From the NCBI GenBank assembly GCA_016933055.1, contig JAFGBS010000028.1, forward strand, positions 322,018 through 354,017: a stretch of 32,000 bases of DNA, given 5' to 3'. Within the stretch, counting starts at the first letter, position 1. Every line of letters begins with the position of its first letter. Source of the stretch: Promethearchaeota archaeon (GTDB lineage Archaea; Asgardarchaeota; Lokiarchaeia; Sigyniarchaeales; Promethearchaeaceae). A model generated the notes under the pieces. That model searched no databases, was not told the DNA's origin, and saw only the letters and a program-made list of their open reading frames with translations. Both the position numbers and the translations under genes were made by a program. Positions 1 through 9,328 of this stretch are shown here, piece by piece.

Positions 1-185
1 GGACCGCAAAGAGGGGTTGCTGTGTAGCAACGCGTGAATTCGACTCCTTCTGATGCAAACCTATTAAATACAGGTCTGTAGATTTCAGGAGCATCCCCAC
101 GGAATTTAGATCCGTGATTATAATATGCTTGGTGATCTTCTAAGATGTATACGATGTTGGGTAAATTGTCCTGAGTCTTTTTCAT
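1..185 (-). CDS. Sulfatase, N-terminal 61 codons (partial, runs off left edge)
   Basis: Manual translation from ATG at 185: MKKTQDNLPNIVYILEDHQAYYNHGSKFRGDAPEIYRPVFNRFASEGVEFTRCYTATPLCGP. It has the sulfatase PNIV..D start and the C-G-P of the CxPxR motif, and is collinear with the sulfatase at 3032-4591. Confidence 0.92.
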   Translation of the reverse strand, partial: MKKTQDNLPNIVYILEDHQAYYNHGSKFRGDAPEIYRPVFNRFASEGVEFTRCYTATPLCG

Positions 186-371
186 GCTTACTAAAGAGTT
201 GCTAATAATAATAAATCATTGTCTGATACTAACTCACAAGATTTAACTACTAAAGAAGCAGCAGAGAAAATTAGAATCAAAAACTGTAAAAATAATTTCC
301 TGATAAATTAGGTGGAATTTAGTAATTAAGTAGAGTAAGTCTTTATTTAGTTTTAAATTCAATTTTAGATA

Positions 372-1874
372 TTGAAAATGACGACAGAAAAAAAAAAAAT
401 TCATGTTGTGTTCCTAGGAAAACCTCAGTGGGAAGCGGGATGGCCTTACCTCGGTTATGATAATGATAGTTTTATGAGAAATGTACTATCCTTACTAAGA
501 CAGAAATTCCCCCATATCATTTTCACCCAAGATACTATAATTACTACTTATGATAAGGGAGTAATTAAGACTAATTGGAATTATATCTCACAATCAGATG
601 CGACTTTATTTTTCACAATTGGACATTATGGGGATCCTGGTTTGATTAAAGCAGGTATCGAGCTAATACAGAAAAGTCATACTCCAAAACTACTAGCGAA
701 TTTTATCTATATGGGGGATCACACATTTATCAAAACATACGATTCTCTAAAAAGAAAGAACGTACCCATACTAGGAGTCTCATCAGTAAATTTAGAAGAT
801 TTTTATGGCGTTTTAGATATTTTGATAAAAATAACAGAAATCAAAGGGCAAAGAGCTTTGGTATATGCAATCGATAAACCTGCTCTAGATTGGAATCGGA
901 TTATGGATTTACAAAGTCCAGAACTGGAAAAAATTGTACAAATCCATCCAGAATTTATCAATCATGTTCAATCCATGAAAAATGAAGAGGGCAGCTTTTT
1001 TACCGATCATAAAGGAGAAGATCAAGCCCATGTATGGCGAAAAGATGAGGAAACTTACATCAATCTTCTTCATTCCATATTTGGTATAGAAATGATACGA
1101 GAGGATCCTGCGGAAATCTTGAAGTATTATGATCAAATTGGGGATAAAGAAGCGGAATCCACCTGTCAAATGTGGATAAAAAATGCTAATATTACAGAAC
1201 CAATGGAGAAAACTATTCAAAATGCGGCAAAATTATACATTGCACTCAAAAAGATATTAACGGATAAAAAGTGCAATTTTTTTGCGCCGGATTGTGGCAC
1301 TCTCCTATTATCGGGACGACTACCTGCTTATCCGTGCATGGCATTCTTTGAATTGGTAAACGATGAAATATACGGAATTTGCGAGTCAGATATGGATTCC
1401 TTAGTAAGTTATGTATTCGGATTAACGCTTACTGGACGTCCCGGTTTTGTTTCTAATCATACATTTGACACGATTAGAAATCAAGTTACTTACATGCATT
1501 GCGTTTGCTCTAATAAATTGTTTGGTGTTAAAGGAGAATCAAGTGAATACGATATTTATTATCATGGTGAGACGGCAATTTTAGGTGCATCACCGCGTGT
1601 GAAATTTCCACTCGGAGAAAATCTAACAACAATTAAAATCAGCGTTTTTGAGAAAAAAATTGCTATAAGAACAGGAAGAATCATTGACAACATCATTGAT
1701 GATAAAGGGTGTGTTACAAAAGTTCTCGTGGAGACCAATGTCAATAAAATTATGGAGAAATATGATTGGGAAACATTCGGATGGCATCGTGTCTCATTTC
1801 TGGGAGATTGGAGAGAAAAATTTACACTTGGAGCAAAAATATTGGGCTTACAAGTAATTCATGAAGATCAATGA
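372..1874 (+). CDS. L-fucose/L-arabinose isomerase-like protein (FucI-related, uncharacterised subfamily)
   Basis: 500-aa ORF. The C-terminal half PCMAF..L...GICESDMDS...LTGRPGFVSN...HC resembles the fucose-isomerase-like fold. The real start is probably ATG 378 rather than TTG 372. Confidence 0.65.
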   Translation: MKMTTEKKKIHVVFLGKPQWEAGWPYLGYDNDSFMRNVLSLLRQKFPHIIFTQDTIITTYDKGVIKTNWNYISQSDATLFFTIGHYGDPGLIKAGIELIQKSHTPKLLANFIYMGDHTFIKTYDSLKRKNVPILGVSSVNLEDFYGVLDILIKITEIKGQRALVYAIDKPALDWNRIMDLQSPELEKIVQIHPEFINHVQSMKNEEGSFFTDHKGEDQAHVWRKDEETYINLLHSIFGIEMIREDPAEILKYYDQIGDKEAESTCQMWIKNANITEPMEKTIQNAAKLYIALKKILTDKKCNFFAPDCGTLLLSGRLPAYPCMAFFELVNDEIYGICESDMDSLVSYVFGLTLTGRPGFVSNHTFDTIRNQVTYMHCVCSNKLFGVKGESSEYDIYYHGETAILGASPRVKFPLGENLTTIKISVFEKKIAIRTGRIIDNIIDDKGCVTKVLVETNVNKIMEKYDWETFGWHRVSFLGDWREKFTLGAKILGLQVIHEDQ

Positions 1875-3045
1875 TCATTTTAAAGATAACCTAATAAAGA
1901 AGAATTTCCGATTCAACGCCATGTCAGAATTTAGTTTAAATTATAAATTACTAGAAACCTTAACAAATGCATTTGGACCATCAGGTCATGAGGAAGAGGT
2001 TCAAAAAATCGTCAGAGAATATGGAAAGCCTTTTTCGGATGAAACATTATATGACAAAACTGGTTCCATAATTTTTCGAAAAGGCAATTCGGGGCCTAAA
2101 ATTATGTTAAGTGGTCATGCCGATGAGATTGGTTATATCATTTCCGACATCGGAAAAGAGGGGATTTTGAAAATCTCTAATCTCGGAGGAATTATACCAC
2201 CTTTTCAACCCTCAAATGAAATTTTAATTCGACCATTTAAAGGAGGCAAAGATATTATTGGAATAATTCAAGGTGAATTTTCTTTCGGAAGGGAGGGGGG
2301 CGATAAGATTAAACCGTTAGATAAGCTTTATGTGGATATTGGATGTAAATCTGATAAAGAAGTTAAAGATTTAGGAATTCGTATCGGAGATGTAGCATCT
2401 CAATATGCAATTTATCGAACAATGGACAGAACACGATTTAAGAAAGATGATGATGGAAAAGAAACCAAATCGACAACTAAGATTGCGGTTGCGAAAGCAT
2501 TCGATGATCGAATTGGTGTATTTATTGGATTAGAAATACTTAGAAAACTTCAAGAGAAACATATACAACATCCAAACCAAATATATTTTGCATCAACTAC
2601 CCAAGAGGAAGTAGGTTTGCGTGGAGCTCGAACTTCTGCTCATTTAATTCAGCCTGATTTAGGTTTTTCATTAGATATCACTCCCGCAAAAGACATTCCT
2701 GGAATGCCAGAGAAAGGACATAATATGGGAGATGGAGTGATAATCCACGCGAAGGATGGAAGTATGATTGCAAATCCAAAATTGAAGAAATTTGCTATTG
2801 AGATCGCTGAACAGAACGATATAAAGTTTCAATACGGATTCTTAGGTTTTGGTGGAACGGACGCCGGAGTTATCCATTTGACCGGAATTGGTGCACCTTC
2901 TTTATTTATTGGTATACCTACTCGATATGGACATTCCCAACGTGCGATGATCGACTTAAGTGACGTGGAAAATGCAGTAAAACTAATGATAGAAATGATA
3001 AGGAAGTTTGATCAGGAAACAGTCGAAAGTTTTACAAAACTTTAG
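1861..3045 (+). CDS. M42 family metallo-aminopeptidase (TET/FrvX-like)
   Basis: Motifs GPSGHE, SGHADEIG, KAFDDRIG, QEEVGLRGA, GGTDAG and GIPTRYGHS. The likely start is ATG 1921 (MSEFSL), which avoids overlap with the upstream gene. Confidence 0.93.
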   Translation: MKINDHFKDNLIKKNFRFNAMSEFSLNYKLLETLTNAFGPSGHEEEVQKIVREYGKPFSDETLYDKTGSIIFRKGNSGPKIMLSGHADEIGYIISDIGKEGILKISNLGGIIPPFQPSNEILIRPFKGGKDIIGIIQGEFSFGREGGDKIKPLDKLYVDIGCKSDKEVKDLGIRIGDVASQYAIYRTMDRTRFKKDDDGKETKSTTKIAVAKAFDDRIGVFIGLEILRKLQEKHIQHPNQIYFASTTQEEVGLRGARTSAHLIQPDLGFSLDITPAKDIPGMPEKGHNMGDGVIIHAKDGSMIANPKLKKFAIEIAEQNDIKFQYGFLGFGGTDAGVIHLTGIGAPSLFIGIPTRYGHSQRAMIDLSDVENAVKLMIEMIRKFDQETVESFTKL

Positions 3046-4591
3046 ATTTTTCTTTTTTCTTCTTCTTTTGTTTCGGTTCTCGTAAATGCCTACCACGTAC
3101 CCACGCAAGACTGTAAATATCACCCGTTTTTTTGCGTAATTTTTCAAGCTGAATTTTGAGATCTTTCAAAATATCATTATAATCTTCATTATAGATTAAA
3201 TTTTTCAATTCGTAAGGATCATCATTTAAGTCATATAATTCATCCATATCATTCTCATTATATATATACTTAAATCCCGAATCCGTTATTAGGGCACGTC
3301 CAAAATGCGGTTTGAAATTACCGTAGGTTTGAGACATCAGTTCATCCCGCCATTTTGCATTTGGATTCTTAAATAACGGAAATAAACTAATACCATCTAC
3401 AATTTCAGTAAATTTTGTTCCCGCTGCATCAAGAATTGTGGGGCCGTAATCAATGTTGCTAACAAGACGCGTACTTTTTTGCCCGGGTTTTATTACCCCA
3501 GGAAATTTTATTGCTAAGGGAGTGCGTAGCAATTCTTCTGGCATGTAGGCTTCTTTATCAAAATGACCACCATGACAACCCAAACCATCCCCATGATCCG
3601 ACATCCACATTAAAAGCATATTATCTTCCAATCCCAATTCTCGGATTGCATCAATTACCATTCCTGCAGCTTCATCTGCCATGGTTTGTTGTGCATAGTG
3701 AAACGCAAGTACCTCTTGAAATGTTCGCCATGATACACGATTGGGGATAGTTAATTGCCAATTGTCTCCCATCGGTGGGTTCAGCTCCACTTTATAACTA
3801 TCAGGTTTAGTATCAAGATTTTCCGAGAAACTCGGCGACATTAAAATCTTTCTGGAGGGATAAAGATCAAGAAATTCTTTAGTAACATAATAGGGTTGAT
3901 GGGGTGAATAAAAGTCTAAACGCAAGTGGAAGGGTTTGTAATTACCTTTTTTCCGTTCCTGAGCGATTTTCCTTAAATTTTTAATTACCATGTAAGCGAA
4001 GAAATACACCTCATGAGATTCTTTAGGAGTTGTCATCAATCCACAAATATTTTCATGATTTACAGGAAATATCGGATTGTATTTCTCTCCAATATGAATT
4101 CCATATTGCTCATTTAGATGGTCTGGATGAAAGGAATAAAAAACTTCTACTTCAATCGGTGGAAGGTTATTTTCCTTAAGATATTCTTTATATTCATCAG
4201 TTATATAAGGATTACCAAAGCGAGGGTAACTAAATCCTTCACATCCGAATTGATGAGCAGTTCCTGGACCCGTGTGCCACTTTCCAAAATAATATAGATC
4301 ATATCCTTGCGCAGTTAACCGTTCAAAGTAGGTTTCTTTATCATATGAATGATGAGTTTCATTCTTTATCTCTTTATGATTGTGGGGGTATAATCCAGTC
4401 AACATAGTTCTTCTAGCGGGTCCACATAATGGAATACATGTATAGGCACGAGTGAATTCAATACCTTCTGAGGCTACTTGTTGAAAATTTGGTTTGTGTA
4501 TTGGAATGGAACCTATTTGTTCTCCGTGAGCGTAAAAACTCTGATGGTCTTCTAAAATATATACTATATCTGGAGGGTGTTTCTTTCCCAT
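3032..4591 (-). CDS. Cys-type sulfatase (arylsulfatase/choline-sulfatase-like)
   Basis: PDIVYILED, CGPARRTMLTG (CxPxR), GKWH, PHQP, SDHG, and ELYDLNDDPYELKNL. Lys-rich C-terminal tail overlaps the M42 gene end by 14 nt. Confidence 0.95.
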   Translation of the reverse strand: MGKKHPPDIVYILEDHQSFYAHGEQIGSIPIHKPNFQQVASEGIEFTRAYTCIPLCGPARRTMLTGLYPHNHKEIKNETHHSYDKETYFERLTAQGYDLYYFGKWHTGPGTAHQFGCEGFSYPRFGNPYITDEYKEYLKENNLPPIEVEVFYSFHPDHLNEQYGIHIGEKYNPIFPVNHENICGLMTTPKESHEVYFFAYMVIKNLRKIAQERKKGNYKPFHLRLDFYSPHQPYYVTKEFLDLYPSRKILMSPSFSENLDTKPDSYKVELNPPMGDNWQLTIPNRVSWRTFQEVLAFHYAQQTMADEAAGMVIDAIRELGLEDNMLLMWMSDHGDGLGCHGGHFDKEAYMPEELLRTPLAIKFPGVIKPGQKSTRLVSNIDYGPTILDAAGTKFTEIVDGISLFPLFKNPNAKWRDELMSQTYGNFKPHFGRALITDSGFKYIYNENDMDELYDLNDDPYELKNLIYNEDYNDILKDLKIQLEKLRKKTGDIYSLAWVRGRHLREPKQKKKKKEKSKVL

Positions 4592-4779
4592 AAGTGACTA
4601 ACAGAGGAGGATTTTTTTAACGATTTTGCCAAGTTTAAATGAAAAATACGGAATTTTTGATTAACTGATCTCTTTATTGTTCTGAACTATTGATTTTATT
4701 AGAATTAATCACCAGATATGGTGTTTTCGAAGAATTAATCGATGTTTTCCAATTCCAATAGAGTTAGAATTATTCACAG

Positions 4780-4993
4780 TTAGATAATTCCGCGTGGAAT
4801 GGTTCTCCATAACTTCCCCATAACTTCATCGTGTGGAATGGTTTCTACAGAAGAAATTTGTTGTTCGGCTTTCTGCAATTTCTGAATTACAAATAAATTT
4901 ATTGAATATCATCGACAGTACATCATTAAGAAGATTTTCGATTAAATCGATGGCAATTTTTTTGATATTCGCTTGATCATTGATTTCTTTCAT
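4780..4993 (-). pseudogene. Frameshifted small antitoxin-like gene (LPDD..xDDIQY.LYV..KI....I.HEEV type)
   Basis: Restoring two single-base deletions gives MKEINDQANIKKIAIDLIENLLND[C]TVDDIQ[Y]NLFVIQKLQKAEQQISSVETIPHDEVMGKLWRTIPRGII*. The span is 214 nt, or 72 codons minus 2 nt. It resembles the ~70-aa putative antitoxins usually paired with RelE/ParE toxins (recalled family pattern). Confidence 0.65.
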
Positions 4994-5278
4994 ATGTTTA
5001 TAATGAAAATCCCCATATTAACTACTATCTTATTTACACTACAATTTATTGCCAGCAGAATATCCTAAATTGTATTAAACTTCTGATTATTGCAGTAATC
5101 ATCCTGATTATTATATATATGACAGATTTGGGTTATACTGTTTATGAATTTATATATTACGCTTCCTACTACAGCTCACAAATCGAATTCACTATATGCA
5201 CATGGGTTTGTTAATATTACTAATATCTTATATTTGGGGTAGGAAATACATTAGAATAAAAAAAAAAAGGGTGTTATT

Positions 5279-5647
5279 ATGAAGAAGACCTATTATGTTG
5301 CGGGATTTTGTGGAACAATTTGTGACGATTGTGATTTCTTTACTGGAAATGAAGAACCACAATGCCCTGGTTGTGTGGCGTGTGCCGGCAGACCATTTTG
5401 GGGTGAATGTAGGACCGCTAATTGTGCATTAAATAAAAAAGTGGAGCATTGTGGATTGTGTTCGGACTTTCCTTGTGAAATACTACCAAATCAATTCGAT
5501 CCCAATAAACCCCGAGGAAAAGAAGAAGCAATCTTCCGAATTGGACAGCTCGCAATTCGTGCAAAAATTGGTACTAATTGTTGGTTAAAAAAACGTGTCG
5601 ATGGAAGCATTGTTGGATTTGAGGCTGATGAAAGAGAAAAACCTTAG
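5279..5647 (+). CDS. DUF3795-type Cys-rich metal-binding protein
   Basis: CG.ICDDC...CPGC...C...C...K.VEHCGLCSDFPC pattern. Confidence 0.85.
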   Translation: MKKTYYVAGFCGTICDDCDFFTGNEEPQCPGCVACAGRPFWGECRTANCALNKKVEHCGLCSDFPCEILPNQFDPNKPRGKEEAIFRIGQLAIRAKIGTNCWLKKRVDGSIVGFEADEREKP

Positions 5648-5700
5648 AAATACCATTATTTTTACAACATTAAATAATTTGTTTTACTTATTGAGAGATT

Positions 5701-6075
5701 ATGAACAAACCAAAATTAGGAAATTTTGAATTGTGTTTTGATGTAGAAAATTTGGAAGAATCAGTAGCTTTCTATAAAAAATTGGGATTTCAAATTATAA
5801 AAGGAGCAATTGAGTATGGAACCGTATGCATGTCTAATGGAGATATAAGATTCACCATGTTTATTGAAAATGCCATTCAAGAGCAATTTGGCACAAAATT
5901 CCTTTTAAATTTTCGAGGGGGTGATGTACAGAAAAATTACGAATACTTAACCAAGGAAGGAATAAAATTTGAGCAATCTCCCAAAATATATGAAGATGGA
6001 GTTTCTATTGATGCAAAACTTCGAGATCCAAATGGAAACTTAATATATCTCGATACACATCCATCAGAAAGGTAA
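5701..6075 (+). CDS. VOC/glyoxalase family protein
   Basis: V.NLEESVAFYKKLGF at the N-terminus and LRDPNGNLI at the C-terminus; 124 aa. Confidence 0.9.
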   Translation: MNKPKLGNFELCFDVENLEESVAFYKKLGFQIIKGAIEYGTVCMSNGDIRFTMFIENAIQEQFGTKFLLNFRGGDVQKNYEYLTKEGIKFEQSPKIYEDGVSIDAKLRDPNGNLIYLDTHPSER

Positions 6076-6082
6076 CATAATA

Positions 6083-6733
6083 ATGAAAAAAGCAATTGTT
6101 TTATATTCAGGTGGTCTTGATTCTGTTACATCTTTATATTGGGTAAAAAATCAAGGATACTCTCCTATCGCACTTTCATTCATGGAACATGGACGACAAA
6201 AATCGGAAATTAAAGCTGCACGTAAACTCATGGAAAGATGGGATATTCCCTATATTGAAATTCCACTAGAATTTATTATGCAGAAAGATGAGTTACAGAA
6301 AATAGGAATTAACCTTTCGGGTGCAACTGATTTACCTACAGTATATATCCCTCAAAAAAATCTCATATTTTATTCAATAGCCGCCTATTATGCTGAGATA
6401 TATAAGGCAGAAGCAATCATTGTCGGACTACTTTCTTTCGATTTCAATATATTTCCCGATAATTCATTAGAGTTCTTCGAGAGGTTAGAGAATATAATTA
6501 ATATTGGTTTATCAAATTCATCTAAAACCATAAAAATTATATTTCCCTTAAAAACAATGGGCAAATCTGAGGTTATTCAACTCGCTTTTGATTTAGGAGT
6601 CCCAATGGAACTTACGTGGAGTTGTTATGAAGAGGAAGATGATAATGGCAATCCTTGTGGAAAATGTAAAGGATGTTTAGAACGCAGACAAGGATTTAAG
6701 AAATTGAATGCGAATGATCCCCTTTTAAAGTAA
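6083..6733 (+). CDS. queC: 7-cyano-7-deazaguanine synthase QueC-family protein (divergent)
   Basis: KAIVLYSGGLDS PP-loop, NLIFYSIAA, and TWSCY...PCGKCKGCLER Zn site; 216 aa. Confidence 0.85.
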   Translation: MKKAIVLYSGGLDSVTSLYWVKNQGYSPIALSFMEHGRQKSEIKAARKLMERWDIPYIEIPLEFIMQKDELQKIGINLSGATDLPTVYIPQKNLIFYSIAAYYAEIYKAEAIIVGLLSFDFNIFPDNSLEFFERLENIINIGLSNSSKTIKIIFPLKTMGKSEVIQLAFDLGVPMELTWSCYEEEDDNGNPCGKCKGCLERRQGFKKLNANDPLLK

Positions 6734-6943
6734 TATTAAAACCTCGGGAGAATGTCAGAACCCATATTTGTCGTAGAGATTATGCGAGATTCTCCAAAAT
6801 AGCATTTGATGCATAAATCCTCTTCTACTAAAGTTAGACTCTCAAGATTCTACATGAATGCCGAAAGATTTATAAGATAAATGTTACTTTTATTGTTTTA
6901 ATAAAAAAACAACTATAAAGGAAAAATAAAGTTTATCGGCTAG

Positions 6944-8035
6944 ATGAAAAAATCTGATTTTATGGTTGCGTTTTGCTATAATGTGCAACCAGAGGGGTAT
7001 GATCCAGAATTCGACGGGGAAAAATATGCAGAGTTTGATTCGAGGGAGACTGTCGAAACAATTTATAATAGCTTATTAGATCTAGGATATGTTGTTACAC
7101 CTATTGAATTTCGCAATGGTTTTATTGAACAATTAAGGCAATTAAAACCGGATCTAGTTTTTAATATCGTCGAAGGAATTCAGGGAGCGGATCGTGAAGC
7201 GCAAGCACCAGCTATTTATGAATATTTAGGATTACGATATACGGGATCTCGACCTATGGGTCACGCTTTGGCTCTTGATAAGGTTATGGCAAAACGTGTA
7301 ATGGAACACTATGGTGTTAGAACAGCTCCATTTTGCGTATTTGATGAGCCTATAACATCGTTCAACCAATCTCACATGAAATTTCCGATGATCATAAAAC
7401 CCTCTTGTGAGGGATCCAGCGTTGGGATTGACAATAATGCGAAAGTAGATGATATAAAAGCACTTATATTTCGTGTGAACTATGTTATTGAAACCTATAA
7501 ACAACCCGCTTTAGTAGAACAGTTCATCGAGGGAAGAGAATTCAATCAAGCGATAATTGGAAATAAAAATCCAATTTTATTTCCGATAGTTGAGATAGAT
7601 TATTCCTATCTACCCAAGGGTGTTAATAAATTCAGTTCTTATGAGGTGAAAACATCCTTAGATGATCCTGAAAGCACTATATGTCCCGCAAATATCACAG
7701 AAGAAGAAGCTCAACGTATTGGACAGGCCACCCTCGGAGCATATCGAGCATTGGGGATATTAGATTATGCACGGATGGATCTACGCATGGATAATGAAGG
7801 TAATATATACATTCTCGAAGTGAACTCTATTCCTGGAATCGCTCCCGGTGAGGAAGAAAATAATAGCATGCCTAAAGCAGTTCGAGAATATGGCTGGACT
7901 TACACTCAAATGATAGGCGCAATTGTTGATACCGCTTTGGAGCGTTATGGTATCGTATTTGAAGAAGAAGAAGAAACTACTATTTCTCAAATGGTCGATA
8001 CTCGACATATTCCTCCTACTTTAAATGGGAGGTAA
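6944..8035 (+). CDS. D-Ala-D-Ala-ligase-like ATP-grasp enzyme
   Basis: VFNIVEG, DKVMAK, PMIIKPSCEGSSVGI, LVEQFIEGRE, ARMDLR and LEVNSIPG motifs. N-terminal AEFDS.ET motif. Confidence 0.9.
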   Translation: MKKSDFMVAFCYNVQPEGYDPEFDGEKYAEFDSRETVETIYNSLLDLGYVVTPIEFRNGFIEQLRQLKPDLVFNIVEGIQGADREAQAPAIYEYLGLRYTGSRPMGHALALDKVMAKRVMEHYGVRTAPFCVFDEPITSFNQSHMKFPMIIKPSCEGSSVGIDNNAKVDDIKALIFRVNYVIETYKQPALVEQFIEGREFNQAIIGNKNPILFPIVEIDYSYLPKGVNKFSSYEVKTSLDDPESTICPANITEEEAQRIGQATLGAYRALGILDYARMDLRMDNEGNIYILEVNSIPGIAPGEEENNSMPKAVREYGWTYTQMIGAIVDTALERYGIVFEEEEETTISQMVDTRHIPPTLNGR

Positions 8036-8047
8036 TTTTTTCTTTTT
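8036..8047 (+). terminator. Oligo-T tract, possible archaeal-type terminator
   Basis: TTTTTTCTTTTT immediately after the ATP-grasp stop codon. Confidence 0.4.
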
Positions 8048-8048
8048 C

Positions 8049-8249
8049 CTAAATATGTATATAACCGGGAATGAATAAGATGCCTCCAAAGATGTAAAAA
8101 GTATTGTAATCCGTTCTGTGAATGATAAAATGGTTAAATGAGCTATTTTCTAATCCGATGGAGTAAATGTGCTGTGTAAAGTGAAGAATATATAGCATTG
8201 TACTTATAGATATACCTATAGTAAGAAACCCCAATAGGTTCATATGCAT
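8049..8249 (-). CDS. Possible small membrane protein (66 aa)
   Basis: Fills the gap between two + strand genes and has two hydrophobic segments. No recognisable motif. Confidence 0.3.
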   Translation of the reverse strand: MHMNLLGFLTIGISISTMLYILHFTQHIYSIGLENSSFNHFIIHRTDYNTFYIFGGILFIPGYIHI

Positions 8250-8329
8250 TCACTATGTTAACTAATTGAAGTAATTGAGGTTGAAAGGTCTACCAATTTT
8301 TCCAAGATTTTATAGATTGAACATAAATT

Positions 8330-9328
8330 GTGGTTTTGTTGAACGTTAATATAACAGAATATACAACAGCTGATCTTAATGGAGTTATTGAGTTAAATCG
8401 TTCAATCATCTCTCGTTGGTATCACTATTTCTTAAAAAATGGAAAAATAGAACGTGGTGTTCATTCAGAGATTGAGCAATTATCAGATTTCGAACTTTGG
8501 TACCATGGAGGTCCATGGAACACTCCTAAAATGTTTCATTTGTATACTAAACTAGTACAAAAATGTAATGGTAAAATTTTCCTTGCATGGGATGAAAGAC
8601 ATCAATTAATAGGAGAAGTTGATTGTTGCTTGGCTAACAATTATGATAAGAGCGGTTACATTCTCTGGATTCTTACTCATCCTAACTACCGTAGGCGAGG
8701 AATAGGAAGTCAACTTATCCAAAAAGTAAAATCATTTTTTTATAACCAAGAAATTTCTCAAGTGGTAGTTATTCCACAAGATACAGCTTCTAGAGAGTTC
8801 TATCAATTTTGCGGATTTATTCCTTATAAAAATCGAATGGAGATAGATTTAATATTAAAAGATGTATCTTCTTGGTCAAAAGTCCGAAAAAAATATAGAA
8901 TTACTCCCGTAACCACATCAAACTTAAATGAAATAGGATATGTTGATTTCTATTCATTGATAGGATCCACGGAGTCCAATAACTACATACAACAAACAGC
9001 GTTACATCGTGCAGAAATTTTAGAAGTTTTGGGAAAAATTGCGGATCTATCAGGTTTTTTACCCTTATTATGGAAATATGAAAGGAATGGGAATATTGCA
9101 ATAATTGGAAATGTATATCAAATGCGAGTTTGGGTTAACACAAGCTCACTCATAGACGCGGACTTTCTAAATTCTATTTTAGAAATTATTCAGAGTCTGC
9201 ATTCAAATTCGAATCTATCAAATCCATTAGGATGTTCTATTTTAGAAGATCAACTACTATTTTTTAATGAAGATGATTTTATTATCAAAAAAATAGAAAC
9301 TGTATTGAAACTGAGTTCAATGCAGTGA
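8330..9328 (+). CDS. GNAT family N-acetyltransferase with C-terminal extension
   Basis: Acetyl-CoA motif A ILTHPNYRRRGIGSQL and A.EFYQFCGF. GTG start. Confidence 0.85.
   Translation: MVLLNVNITEYTTADLNGVIELNRSIISRWYHYFLKNGKIERGVHSEIEQLSDFELWYHGGPWNTPKMFHLYTKLVQKCNGKIFLAWDERHQLIGEVDCCLANNYDKSGYILWILTHPNYRRRGIGSQLIQKVKSFFYNQEISQVVVIPQDTASREFYQFCGFIPYKNRMEIDLILKDVSSWSKVRKKYRITPVTTSNLNEIGYVDFYSLIGSTESNNYIQQTALHRAEILEVLGKIADLSGFLPLLWKYERNGNIAIIGNVYQMRVWVNTSSLIDADFLNSILEIIQSLHSNSNLSNPLGCSILEDQLLFFNEDDFIIKKIETVLKLSSMQ

Noticed and set aside
195-311. Open + frame containing LTTKEAAEKIRIK, reminiscent of an excisionase-type HTH
   Set aside because: No ATG, only about 30 codons from a TTG, no second helix, and it lies in a divergent promoter region.
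6734-6943. Short open frames between queC and the ATP-grasp gene
   Set aside because: All are under 40 codons and either lack a start or lack any motif; best read as terminator and promoter DNA.
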